From contig CAJINV010000002.1 of NCBI GenBank assembly GCA_905178155.1, forward strand, positions 7,284,743-7,348,742: a stretch of DNA of 64,000 nt, given 5' to 3'. This stretch comes from Amoebophrya sp. A120. Taxonomy: Eukaryota; Protista; Dinoflagellata. Position 1 is the first letter of the stretch. Each line of letters starts with the position of its first letter. Positions 24,901-37,400 of this stretch are shown in pieces. The notes beneath the pieces were generated by a model. It did not search any database. It saw nothing but the letters and a program-made list of their open reading frames with translations, and had not been told where the DNA came from. The translations under genes were made by a program, and so were the position numbers.

Positions 24901-27900
24901 CTACAGCCACCAATTCTGCCACGAAAACTTTGACCCCACGAAGCGCGTCAGGCCGTGGTGGCACATAGCGCCGTGCGCGAGATTCTTGTCGACGGTAAAG
25001 CAGCTGGTGGGGAGTAAAGCGAGGGCAGCGATCGAAAGTGCAGCAGCGGGTGGCTCCTGCGGAATGTTGAACACGGTCACTGATTCTGAAGACTACGATC
25101 TACACGGCGGTAAAGATGGTGATGTAAATTCATCTCGAAGACGTCGCAGCTCGTTGCAGAGGAGCAGGCACGACCAGATTCAAACGGCTGGAGCCGCAGT
25201 GTTGGCTGGCTTAAGTTGCAACTACTACATGCGGAACAGGCTGAGCGAAAGAAGTGGGAGTGATTCGGAGGATTTGTACGATGACAACACAGCAGAGAGA
25301 CTCTCGATCGAGGATGGTAAAGTTTGTGAAGATGAGAACAACCCTTCAGCACCAGAACATCAAGGACATCACCCTAAACCCTTGCACAGCAGCAGAAGTT
25401 GCGCCACCAGTACGACAACGCAGATCGCCACAGCTGGTGCAGAACCAGCGGCAGAAGAGGATTCGGCGAGGGTCAGCGAACAGTCTACCGCGGAAGTTAT
25501 CGACGACGGAGCATTTTCGTCGACGAAAAATGGTGGAAACGAGACGGCGAACGAGGACACAACGTGCCCCACGACGTCGACGACCAAGTCCAGTTCCTCG
25601 GACTTGGACACGTGCTCTCACGACGACGACGAAATTATCGGCGACCGAAAATCAGTCTCGTCAACCGGGTCAAGCCTGCGCTCCGCGGAAGACATCCACG
25701 CCATGGTGCGCCCGGAAGCGACGACGGACGACGAGCAGTCTCTATTCGGCAACACATTACTTGCTTCCGGTGCAGTTCCTGCTGCGATTTCCGACAATCT
25801 TCCCGATGTGACAGCGTCTACTCCTGAGGGGGGACGAGCAACAAGGAGCAATAGCAAGAGCACGGCTTTGACCGAAGCGCAACTCCAGGTCGTCCAGGAG
25901 CAACTGAATAATGGGAGGCAAGGACTGCAAGTTGGCGCGGTTTCTTGTTTTAACAGCAACAATTACGAAGATCCGATGAACAATAACAATCACCCGCAAT
26001 CCTGTGCGCCCCAGAGACACGATCCCGCGTTTGTGTCCGAGATGATGCGCGGCGGTGAGAACAGAATACAAACTACCGCAAGTAGGACGAACTGCCTCTT
26101 CTCCTCTGCTTCCCAAGTCGGTCGAACCAGGAGTGCGTCGAGTAAGAGGTCGAAGTACACAAACAAGTTCGGCATCACAATTGGCGGTGTTGACCATGCA
26201 GCAGTCGGCTCTTCTCGCGCCGCTGGCAATGGAGATGGTACAACTGTCGTAGGAGTGCAAATAAATTCATCTTCAAGGAAAAACAAAACGCCCGCCTGGG
26301 CGACCCCTACGAACCGGAGTTCCTATGTACCCAAAATCATGCCGTATCGGTACAGCAGGAGTGCGTCAGGGAGTAAGAGCTCCTCGAAGAGCAACACGCC
26401 AAAGAGCTTCACTGCGCAGCGACAGACGAGCGGCGGTTGTTCAAATTCGACCATAATGGGCGGGGGCAGCACAGAAGCTAGACAGCCTGAAAACCAGAGT
26501 TCTTCCTGGACGTCTTCGCTTTGGAGCAAGTTTTCGTCGCAGTTTGCAGCTACAACGAAGGAAAACACAACACAACATGAATCTGCAGACGTCATCACGA
26601 CCACATTCGACCAATACGCAACGGACAGTACGAAGGCGCCGACAACGGTGTTCAGTTCGAGCGGTAGCTCCTCCAGCAGCAGCTCCAGCTCTGTCAACCG
26701 AGGTGCCTTGGTTTCTCGAGGACAGTACAAGGCCCACCACCGGTCCCGACCCGCGAACAAGTTCGAACACCAGTTCGCCACCTCCACCTCTATGCTCCAC
26801 TACTTCAAGCAGCAGGTGATCGGGCGCGACAGCAGCTCCAGCGGTCGCGACTCCTGGTCCAGTAGCACCAGCAGCCAAGAGAGCTGTACTGCGCATCAAA
26901 ACCGAAAACGCGCGGATGGCCAGGCCTTCGCTCCTGGGGGCCCCTCGGAATTCGACCCACCGTCGTCCTCTGCTTCATCCTCTTCCAGCAGCTCGAGTTC
27001 TTGCGCGTCAAACAGCTCCAATGCGGAAGAGATGCAGCAGTTGACTGGGAATGAGGAAACGGAGATCGACGAACACGAGCTGTTCACTCCCAGAACCGCC
27101 GCGAGGTTCCGGGGCCGAGTGCGGGAGAAGGCAAATCAACTTGGCGGAAACAAGAAACAGAAAACCGTGGGAGCGATGGTGGGAAACGTGGTCCGTTTCA
27201 CGCCGCACTGCGGCAGGGTATTAAGTGACACCTCGACCTCCTCTACGGAAAGTTGCGCTGCAGGAGGAGAGCATCGAAGTACCAAGGACGCCGGGGTACT
27301 AAAGAATGCTGATTGTTCAGGAGCAGGAGGACGGGGAATATTAATGCCGAGTGGTCGCGCTGCAGCGTACGGAGAGGGCGACCCCGCAGACGACGAAGCT
27401 GAGGACGAGGCGGGCAAGATGCAAAGCAAACCGCCCACGGTGGAGAGCCTGACGCCGCGCATCAAGAACATTTCGGAGTCGCGAAGACAGCAGCTGCAGG
27501 AAATCATCAAGGCAGGGCAAAGCTTGAAGGAACTGAAGAAACGAAATCATGGAAACGAAACTTCCAGCACTGCGCTGAAAGGAGGCTATAGTACTCTTGG
27601 TACGACCATGACTGGAGCCTCTCCCACCTCCGGAAGAGGCGGCGCAGCGGGTCGTGATAGTTCTGAAATGGGGGTCATGCACCAGCATGGAAATACAAGT
27701 AGCGCTAATGGTAATGCCACAACACCTCATATGCCGCGCACGAAGACTCTGAGCACAGACGGTGATCGGTCCTGCAGGAACAAGAACAGCATTTCGCTTT
27801 CGGGTCTCCAGATGACACCGAAATCGTCTATGAAAGAGTCCGACTCGGTGAGTTGCCATCATTCGAACAGTTCGTCGCACCAATATATCAAATGTAAAAA

Positions 27901-30900
27901 TGTCTGGGTCTGGAAGATTGCCAGGTTTGTCATGTACATTTTGCATGACTCCTCAAGTCTGTGACGCATGCCCTAGCATCACAGATTTTCAGAGGACTTC
28001 CTGAAGCCTATTCCGCATGACAAACGCTCTTTCCGTGTTGCAAAATTTGGACTCTCTGTGCTGCTCATGCAATACAGATTTTTTTAGAATCCAAAATCAG
28101 CATGACAAGTTGGATTCTTCCAGACCCAGACATTTTTACAGTTGATACAATACAAGGACTTCTCAAATGGAGGCTCCACCTCCACTTCTCCTCGGTACAC
28201 CATGTCGAACCGGACCATATGAACTGCAAAAGTATCGTATTCGTAGTATTGCAATACAAATTAGCTCAGCATGACAAATGATATTTCTCATGCTGATTTA
28301 GCTTGAAGCTGAAATGTGTCTTGCATGACTGCGATTAGTACGAGTACGATACTTTTGCACTGCATAGACCAACAGCAACTGCAATACCAACAGCACCAGC
28401 GGGTCCACAACCGAGGTCGTAGTGATCCGACAAAACCCAGACGGTACCACACAGCAAGAGGTCGTTACGCAGCCGCGGGTGAAGAAGATCCAGATGTTGG
28501 CCGGAGCATCTTCTCCATCAGGTTGCACGCAGGACCTCCGGCAGGAGGAGCGCAATGCTGTCGCCGTTTCAGCACAGGAGCTGAACCCTGTCGGCAGGAA
28601 GCCCGGCGCCACGAACAGTAAGCACGAAGATGCGAGCACAGAACCCACCAGGACACCACGGAGTAACAGCACGGCCCGGTTCCGAGATCTGGAGAGCTCT
28701 AGCAGCTGCTCCAGTGTGCAGGATCAAACACCGGTGAACAGCCAGATTGCCGTCTACACGACAGGTCTGGGGTGTGCTGGTGTAGCCGGGGGGCTGCAGC
28801 ATCCAGGAATGGGTATGATGGTGAACAATAGTACCCATGTAGAAGTTGCGCCAGGGATGCAGATGGTGCACCAAATGCACAACTTGCATATGCATCACTC
28901 CAGTGCTGGCATGAACTTCGGAATGAACGCAGGTGTTGGCAGCAGCTCTCAACATCCACATCCTCACGGCCATGGTCAACAACACCAACATCAGCATCAT
29001 TCACACAGCGACTACCTGGACGAAAGCCCGATGTCGGTGCTGAGCCAGCAGAGCAATCGGCCACCTCACGTCGTCGAGCACTTCGTCAAGAAGGCGTCAT
29101 CTTTTTTTGGGGTGAATGCGCCTGCGACCATGTTGACAAGCGCTGCAGGGGGAGGGAGCAGAACTACTGGCACGTCGCACATGCAGCAGCAAGTAGTAGA
29201 TCCTCTGCCAACTAGCAATAGTGTCGATGAAACAAGAAGTGCAGGTCCGGACCTGCTGAGGACGCCGACTCCAGTGTCCAAAAAATCCAACTTGTCCAGC
29301 CGGGTTCAGCAGCAGGAGAGCGTCGAGCTTTTCGACCGACCCAGCCCGCAGACGGCGCGGCCAGCGAAGCAGGTACGAGGTTCTGGCAAGGGAATAAATA
29401 GTTGCTGCTCAACATCGCCAAAAAGTGGTGCAAAAAGCATAAGCAACGGATCAACGTCGGGCGTTCGGAGGGTGCTGTTGAGCAACGAGCACCAGCATGA
29501 TACCGAAAGACATCACAACAGCGTTCCTCTTAAACAAGCGCCGACCCCGCAGCAGCTCAGTGCAGAAAACATTCGGCAGTGGGAAAGCATAAACAAGAGC
29601 CAGACTGTCCACCAGCAGCAAATGCAATTGCAAAAGAACCATCAAAACGCCAACTCTTCAGTTACCCGAAAGCTCACCTCGCGGTCGCTGCAGAACTTGA
29701 ATCTGCAACAGGGCGGGACGCGTGCCATCGGCTTGAACCATGCCCGAATTGCGATGGCCGTCGACCGCGCGGACAAGACCACCGCAGCTCAGCTGAATAT
29801 GAACCCTAGAGGAATGTTGATGAACGCAGCTGGCGGTAGTACAACAAGTGCTCCTAACTGCGGCGCAGGTGCTGGTGCCACCGGCTCCTCCACCTGTGGG
29901 ATGAACAGGTTTCAACAATGCGGATCCTCCAGCGGAAGTCAATCCTGCCCGCACCACCGCAGCGCCACGTTGGGTCGGCACATCAATCCAACACACGGTG
30001 CTCACCAGCTGCACAACAGAAACGATTTTCGGAACCGCCAGCAGCTTTTGTCCAGCATCAACGAATATCAAATGCAAAAATGTCTGGGTCTGGATGATTG
30101 CAACTTGTCATGCTAAATCTGAATCAGGCAAAAACTTGTGTTGCATGATTGCCAAAAGTTGTGCACTTTTGACCTAATCGAGAGGCAGTTTCTCATGCAG
30201 GATAGGCATTCGAAAGGTCTCGCAGAATCTGTCATGCTAAGTCCTACATGCCAGACCTCATGGGTCATGGAAGACCTGCATGACAAATCAGGCAATCTTC
30301 CAGACCCAGACATTTTTACACTTGATAACGAAGACGACTACAGCTCGTCCGACGATTTCAGCAAGCAGGGGGAGAACACAACCTGCTCCCAAAAACTCCA
30401 AGCGAAGAGCCCCAACAGCTTGCGCAAGCAGTGTCGCAGCCAGACAGCCGGCGCTTGCTGCCCAGGCGGAGGTTCTGGAAGCAGCAGTTCCACATCAGGG
30501 AAGAACGGCAAGAGCAATGCGAATGGCGCGAAACCAGGCAGCTCCTCTGCGAGCTGCAATCCGCATGACAGCACGACGACCCGTCGGGGCTCCCGGGCTG
30601 CGTCGAGAAGCAGTTCTGAGCGGAGCTCCTTTGCGGTGTGCTTTTCCGATAGCAGTCACCGAGACTCGCTCTTGCGCGACTTAGATGAGGTGGACAGCAG
30701 GCGGTCGGGCGAGACTGGAAGGGATAATTTGCTAGTACACCATGGCAATCAACAGAACATGGCAAACTGCGCGCTGCCGCCTCCGAAAATCATTTCCTCA
30801 GCGGCAAATTCCAAGGAAAATAACGCCGGTAATCATGGTGCGACAACGTCGTCGTCGAAGCGGATCCACCACCTCGGGGGCCACAAGCATGAAAGCAAGA

Positions 30901-31196
30901 AGCACCGAAGCGATCTTCCGAAAGGAACTACACCCCCCTCTTGCCGCGGGGTCGCGCCGGCTTTGTGCAGTAGTGCGAATTTAGGCACCAAAATGCGTGT
31001 GGGCGGAATGAGCTTTGTTCCACCTCCGCGCGGCCGCAGTGGGCTAGTGGCGGACGATGGGGGCGGGCACCACGAGATGATGCAAATGATCTCTACGACG
31101 ACTACCAGCACGAGCCACCACGGTTTTCCAAGAGGAGTAGTCCCTTCTGGAGTGAAGCAAAAAGGCTCGGCGGCAACGGAATTCCTTTTTGTTTGA
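18995..31196 (+). CDS. Very large (~3,167 aa) protein with hydrophobic segments followed by a DnaJ (J) domain, flanked by low-complexity regions; 13 exons
   Basis: Exons 18995-20478, 20633-20983, 21207-21727, 21935-22276, 22605-22724, 23138-23475, 23565-23916, 24084-24172, 24328-24428, 24703-27885, 28153-28217, 28372-30065 and 30333-31196 sum to 9504 nt in one frame. The model uses 7 GT-AG introns and 5 TIR elements. J-domain motif LRKAYYTTSRAFHPDKGGSREKFVELAEAYQIL spans intron 24429-24702. Confidence 0.75.
22277..22599. mobile_element. TIR introner-like element, family C (323 bp, TSD CTGGG)
   Basis: TATCAAAAGGAAAAATCCCCCCTCCCCACATCGAAA...TTTCGATATGGGGAGGGGGGATTTTTCCTTTTAATA; CTGGG at 22272-22276 and 22600-22604. 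Removal gives SNWVGPDGRVHSYW in frame. Confidence 0.93.
22751..23033. repeat. 20-bp direct repeat flanking a 243-bp intronic insert with degenerate TTTAGGG-like repeats
   Basis: TCTTAGAACGCATGCGCAGC at 22751-22770 and 23014-23033; AGGGTTTTGAGGGTCTTAGGGTTTAGG at 22979-23005. Confidence 0.8.
24173..24322. mobile_element. TIR introner-like element, family B (150 bp, TSD CGCGG)
   Basis: TATGCACTGCAAAAGTATCGTACT...AGCACGATACTTTTGCACAGGATA; CGCGG at 24168-24172 and 24323-24327. Removal gives LATR|AERTKVEK. Confidence 0.93.
27886..28147. mobile_element. TIR introner-like element, family A (262 bp, TSD CAATA)
   Basis: TATCAAATGTAAAAATGTCTGGGTCTGGAAGA...TCTTCCAGACCCAGACATTTTTACAGTTGATA; CAATA at 27881-27885 and 28148-28152. 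Confidence 0.95.
28218..28366. mobile_element. TIR introner-like element, family B (149 bp, TSD GACCA)
   Basis: TATGAACTGCAAAAGTATCGTA...TACGATACTTTTGCACTGCATA; GACCA at 28213-28217 and 28367-28371. Confidence 0.93.
30066..30327. mobile_element. TIR introner-like element, family A (262 bp, TSD ACGAA)
   Basis: TATCAAATGCAAAAATGTCTGGGTCTGGA...TCCAGACCCAGACATTTTTACACTTGATA; ACGAA at 30061-30065 and 30328-30332. Removal gives SINE|DDYSS. Confidence 0.95.
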
Positions 31197-34100
31197 TGAG
31201 AGAGAGGAAATATCACCGCACCCTCCGGAGGGGCAGCCCCAGGCTGTGACTTCTAGTAAAAAAGTAGTGCTACGCTTAGCATGATCTGCCGAGCATACGT
31301 AAAACCACTGTCAATACATGTCAACTTGTCACAAGGGCGCGGTGCGTCAAGAGCGAAGCTGCTTTAAGCCCGAACGACCCGACCACGTTTTAGATGATTT
31401 ATGAAAACTTTCGATGCAAAGCATGTCAATACGAGGCCTCGACGCAGCAAGCTATCGAGGTCGTCGTTTAATACTTGTCAAAGACTATGCGCCATTAATA
31501 TTCGAGATGAGCAAGCTCAAGAAGATTTATCACGAGGTCGCGTCTCCTGGAAGCGATTTTCCATCGAGAGTCGCTCTCTGGCATGATGATGATCAAGGAA
31601 ACTCGTAAAACAAAGGTAGTACTAGAATTGTTCTTCTTACAAGCAATAGCAAAGATTTTTTTCCATGAATGACTATGCGATGACTCAACCAAAACTTATA
31701 AGAAAGTAGATACAACTTAAGATGTTTTCCATGAGACGGCCGCCAGTGTCGTGTGCAACTTCTTTTGGTACCTGGTTAAATACCTGTCCAACCGCCGTTG
31801 CTGAATCGTGCGCTGGCGGCTTCTAAACAAGGAAAAGCTGAGCCAACGAAGTGTAGATACCGTTTGAAGCTAAAAGGTGCCGCATTGCTTTATATTTTTT
31901 TTCCAAACTCTTCTATTGCAGGACGATGATAGATCCACCTAATGCCGACCTTGGTGCTCCGCCGTGGCAGAGGCCGAGACTCGGATAGGGAAGACTACAT
32001 CATTTTTTTCTTATTCTGTATACAGTATGCAAACCACTTATAACAAATGTAGTTCTTTATCTTTTCAAAAAAACACAACTGTCAAACGCGCATCAAGAAT
32101 TCTGATTATATGTTTATGATTCCAGCACCACCATAAACAACACGGAAGACGAGAAAGTTTTTGTAGTTTTTCATCGAGGATCGTTTTTTTCTGGCAGTCA
32201 CATGAGTTTCTTGCCATAATACACTAAGTGTACTACTTTCTCAACGCCGTGTGTTTAGTTTTCGAAGATCAGGCTCCTCGCTCTGCGAGCGAGCCCGATC
32301 AGATTTTTAAATGACTACAACGCTTCAGAAATTGAAATGCTGCATATGCACCACTTGTATTTATTTTCTAAATACTTTTTTATTTTTTTTTGCCGGCTTA
32401 GCTTCCACTATTCGAGGTTCTGTCCGCTCCTTTTCTTCATCGCTATAGAAACTTTACTATCTAAATGTCAATACTCAGAAAAGATTTTGCAATCGTCTGA
32501 GCCTTCAGAAGGCAAGAAAATCTATCCGCGGAAACATGTTGAGCAGGGATGGTCGCCAAAACGACTGTCTCTATGAAGATTTTTCATACGCAGACCATAT
32601 TGACTCGTCATTTCTGAACAAACCGAGCCCGTTCTAGTCAGCGACTACTTCTCTTTCAATGCGCAAGAACAAGAAGCCTGAGTTTCGCTATTCCGTTACA
32701 TTTATTGCGGCCGCTAATTGAAATAGGGATGACGGCGCTTCTTTCGAACTACCTGTGAGCAAGCTTGTTGACGAGAATATTTTATTCGCCAGTCGCGGCC
32801 ATTGCGTACTACGCAGCAGCCGCTATCATATTTTGTCTCAAAGAGGAACTTGCTTACGGTAGATCATGCGCGAGAAAAGAGTCACAACGATCCACCCTCT
32901 TTCTAGAATCGGTGGGGGTTGAAGTGATGTTCATGGTCAACATTGTGCTTTTTCTATCCGGATTGTGAAATCTCGATTGAAAAATTGCGGCGAGAAAACA
33001 AGAACAGGCGTAAAGGCCCCCGCTTGAACTAGAATTTTTCGGAAAACTCTTCACCGCCAGCGGGTGGCGTTTTCAAAAACCTCTTCTTCCGCAAGCGAGG
33101 ATTGACAGCACAATCGGAAACGACAAGGTACATATTGAGAATGAACACTGGTGCGCTGACTAGGGCTAGAACAAGGGCATTTATGCAAAAATGCACGCAC
33201 CGCTATAGCAACACTAAATTATTTTTTCAGACGTTGCGACGAAGGTTATTGCTCCGCCTGAAGCAGTAACTCTTTAGAAATTTTAAATTACTAGAACGCA
33301 TAAAGCATGCGCACTTCTCCTCAACAGCTTTGCAGCTGCCAAACACGACCCAAAATGTCAATACGTAGCTGATATACAGCTACTAGGACAAATTTTCAAA
33401 CTTAAATGCAAATGCATTTCTTTGATAATTTTTTCGAACTTCATATTCATTTTCTCCTGGATATAATATTTTTCCACGCCACTTTGCAGTGCACAATTGA
33501 TGCAGTGCGGGGAACTGCAGCAATTCATACCTGGAATTAGAAGGCCCATAACAATCTACCGCGCAAGGTTGTGAGGAGAAAATGCTCTGCTTTGAAGAAA
33601 AAACATGTGAAGATTTTCCTGGTCTCTAACTCTATCCATCATAGTGGTTCTCTACCATCAGTGCCCTTTTTTGCCATGCTTCTCTACCAACATTAACGCC
33701 TGCTAGTCATCCACACAATCAACAACGAAAACGAAAGAAACTGCTTTGTGCAATGCCTGGAAAAAATTTCTGAGCCGAGTTTTCGCCGTTTTTGTTCTCT
33801 GCCTCCCAGTATATCAGTCCGCGGCGTTAGCGTGATCGTCATCGTACTACCCTCATAAAGATAATCGCTTCGATCGTGGGTCTTGCCTTATCGTTGTCCC
33901 TCAGATAATGACGTCGGTGCACAAATAGGCCGCTACCTCAGGTCTTTCGGTTGTGATCGTAGTCACATTGAAGTCCTCGGTCTTCGTCATGGTTGTGGCA
34001 CATAATCTGGTGGAAAAAGTCGTTGTTGTTAAGCATGTATGTGGAAGTTGCTCTACGCAGCAATATGTAGAAAATTGCACAACAAGGATCAGATTCTGCA

Positions 34101-34427
34101 CATCAGTTGCAACTCGTTTTTCAGTTGTGTCGTGTCGATAATTCGAATTTTGCAGATGATTGCATATTGTCGTGTTCATATCGTCCGAGTAATACAATAA
34201 ATGTATCTATTGTAGTTAAGCATCTGAAGATCCGTGGAAGTATTCATCGGAAGGGGCAGGAAACCTTAGCATTTCCTTTTTCGCGAATGCCTTTGTCTTG
34301 CGTTTCCCTCCAGTCGTCGATTGAAAGTTAGTTTTTGCCTGACCTTCTATGTGTTTTTTTTCAAAGCGGAATCTAAAAGTGAACCTCTAACTAGAGCTGG
34401 ACCACCAAGTAAAGCACCTACATCTAC

Positions 34428-37400
34428 ATGTTTTTTTCAAATGGCAATTACCGTTCGCGCGCTGCCACCGAGTATGCTGGGCGCTACGGTGGAGGCGTGC
34501 TATCAGCTGCAAGTGCAGGTAGCGGCTCGTCGAGTTCGTCTTCTTCACCCAATGCACGGCTCGTGGCGGCGAGCGCCATGGTACCAGCAGGGAAACCAAC
34601 AATTGGACCAGCCACCACGTCGCACGACCAGTGGTCAGAACGTCGGCGCGGCCTCGGCCGCTACTCCCCGGAGCGACAGCGGAACATTGACGAGAGAAAC
34701 GAGGCGGCAAGCAAGCGGTACGAGTCCGACGAGGCCTTTCTGCAAAGGATAAACCGAGGTGGCTCTTCGACATCTGCTGCGAAGAAGAAAACCACAACGC
34801 ACGATATGACGTTTCAGGATGGCGATCACCAAGCTCACCCGACGAGGAATCTGCCTGGGTCAACACCTTATTCGCAACCAAGCAGAGCAACGGCGGAACA
34901 GAAAGTCAGAAGCCTCAAAGACGCGGCCAAGAGGTTCCGTTCCCCGTTCTGGGAGCTGAAAGACAAGTTTAGCGACTTTCCGACTTCCGCCTCGGACTTG
35001 ACGGTACCGCACAAGAATTTGCTGCAGCAGATCGTCCGCGTTTTGTACCCGCGCAAATTCTACTACAAGTCCAGCTTCAATTTGAACGTGAACGTTTTGT
35101 ATCGGAGATTGAAGCTGCAGAAAAAAAAGCTCGAGGATTTGCATCTGCTGTCGGGAAGGACCACAGGAGTTTCGGTGGTTTTACCAGGACATGTTGACGA
35201 ACGCGGAACAGATGCCGGAGGAGGAGGTAAAGCGCAAATGCAAAAGACGGCAGAAGATGAGCAGCTGAAGAAGCTAGCTGGCCAGGAGAAAGAGATGAGG
35301 AAAAGAATCAACATAGCGGAGGAAAGGATCGCGGAATTGCGAGACCAGATCAGAGAGAAGGAGCAGCACCGGTTTCTGAACACAGCGAGTACAAAAATCA
35401 GCGACACGGAACTGATGCTGCTGAAGTATTCGCCAGTGGATACGGAAAGATTGCTGCGGCGATTTTTGACCAGAATTTTGATCCAGAATTTGGGTAGTGG
35501 GGGAGACAGTGGACCACGCGGTGAGGCTGGAGGACCCGGCGTGGGAAATGTTGGCGCTAGTAGCACCACTACTGGCACTACTTCTAGCACTTTGAGGAAG
35601 CTGTTTTCTATTTACTTGCGAGACCACGGAGAGGACCAGACACGAAGTGACACAGACGTGCAGGGAACAAAAGATCGTCGTGCCAGTACCACCGACAGCG
35701 AAACCGACGGCCTGTTGCGTAGCTCCTCCTCTGGCGAGGAGGAAAAATCGGTCGGGGACCACAAAATGGGGGAAATAACCCGTGCAGGAACCATCGACTT
35801 GCGTTCTGGTGCGTTTACGTTCAGCGACTTGCTGAAACTGCAGTTTGTGTTGCAGGACTGGAAGCAACGAGGGACGTTGCGCAACATCGTGACTGACCTA
35901 GTAGAGGAGGCAGATGCCCCCGGCAAGGAGACTGAGACCTCCGAACCTGCTCCTGCTCCTGCAGAGCCAGGACCATCACTTCGCATTATGGATTTTTTTG
36001 AGCCAAACGAGCTGAAAGCACTTTTCCTCGCGGTTGACCTCCTTGTTGCTTACCATAAATCGAAACGGAAACCGTTTGAAATCAAGGTGCCAAATGAGAT
36101 TTTTGGCGATGCAACAGCAAAAGAGCGAGAGGAAGAGCTGCGGCGACTGGTTCCTTTTGGAAAAAGCAGTGGAGCTTTGTCTTCCTCCAGCTCTTCTGCT
36201 TCCTCTGGGCGGAATTTTCTCGCGAATTTTTGCGGACGCGAGTCGAAGGAACGGCGGGTTTTGCTAGATAAGGAAATGGACTTGATTGTGCTCGCGGTCA
36301 ACGATTGCCCAGTTGGTATCGACGAGGAAAACGTTGCGAGGACTGCGATGAAAGTTGCTGCAGACGACGAGAGCACAAACGCAGCTGCGCTTCCGTTCGC
36401 GAAGCAGCTGTCGCCGAATGCAGTCGTGGCTCCGCAGCTGCAACCAGCAGCTTCGGAAGATCTTGAAGTTGAAGGTCCGTCAAACAGCAAGAAGCGGGTG
36501 ACGTTTGAAGGCGATACAAAAACCGCCGACACGACTACTGTCAAGGCCGGTGCTCGTGCTCCTTCCAAACCGAAAAGCCCACCGTTTTCCCTTGGATCGT
36601 TCGCGGCCGCTGCCGCAGCTGCCAAGCAAACCAGGACAAGGCTGGCGGAACAAAGAAAGGAAGAGACCTTCCTGCTGATAGCCTTGGAGGATTTCGAGCA
36701 GGACATCGGGGATGGCGCAGAGTCCTCCGATGCGGATGGCATTCTGTCCGAGAGTTCATCTTCGGAGGGTTCGCCAGAGGATTCGGAAAACGAAGAATTT
36801 GCAAGGGTGCCTCACTCGTCAGAGGAGGAGGAGGGAGAGGAGCAGACGCACTTGAGTGCTGGAACCAGGACAGCTAGGTCGAGGTCTACTAGTTCTTTTC
36901 ACCGCAACAGCGCTGCTTCTGCAGCTTCTTTGCGGTCATTCTTGGCTGCGACTGCCACTCGCGGGATTGCGACGCGGGCAGTGGTCACGCGAGGGAGTAA
37001 TGGGAGAGGGAGTGCAGGAGTAGGAGATGAGCGTCATCACGTACATCTTCATGCCGACACCAAGCTCGCAAACAGGCAGCGCGCCATGGAGGGGAACAGT
37101 GCTGCCGTTGATGATCATGAACACCAATTTTCCCCACACAGTCGACGACCGCATGCTCATCTCCACAGGAGAGAAAACAGCCAAAACGAGCACGCGGACG
37201 CGAAGACGCGGCGTCGGTCGCCCAATGGAACTGCGGTAACATCAAAGCCACGACCTGGAACTACGACTTTGAGCAGTTCAACAGGAGCACAACTAGAACT
37301 ACAAGCACCACATGCAGCGGATCACTCTGCTTTTCCTGAAGCAGGTGCAACTGCTCAAATGAGTCACAATGATCAAGAGCATCGAGAGCAGCATGACCCT

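Noticed and set aside
31197-34427. Possible hidden gene or autonomous transposase in the AT-richer gap
   Set aside because: Only short ORFs, with no DDE, tyrosine-recombinase or RT motifs seen. No autonomous partner for the elements was found in this window.
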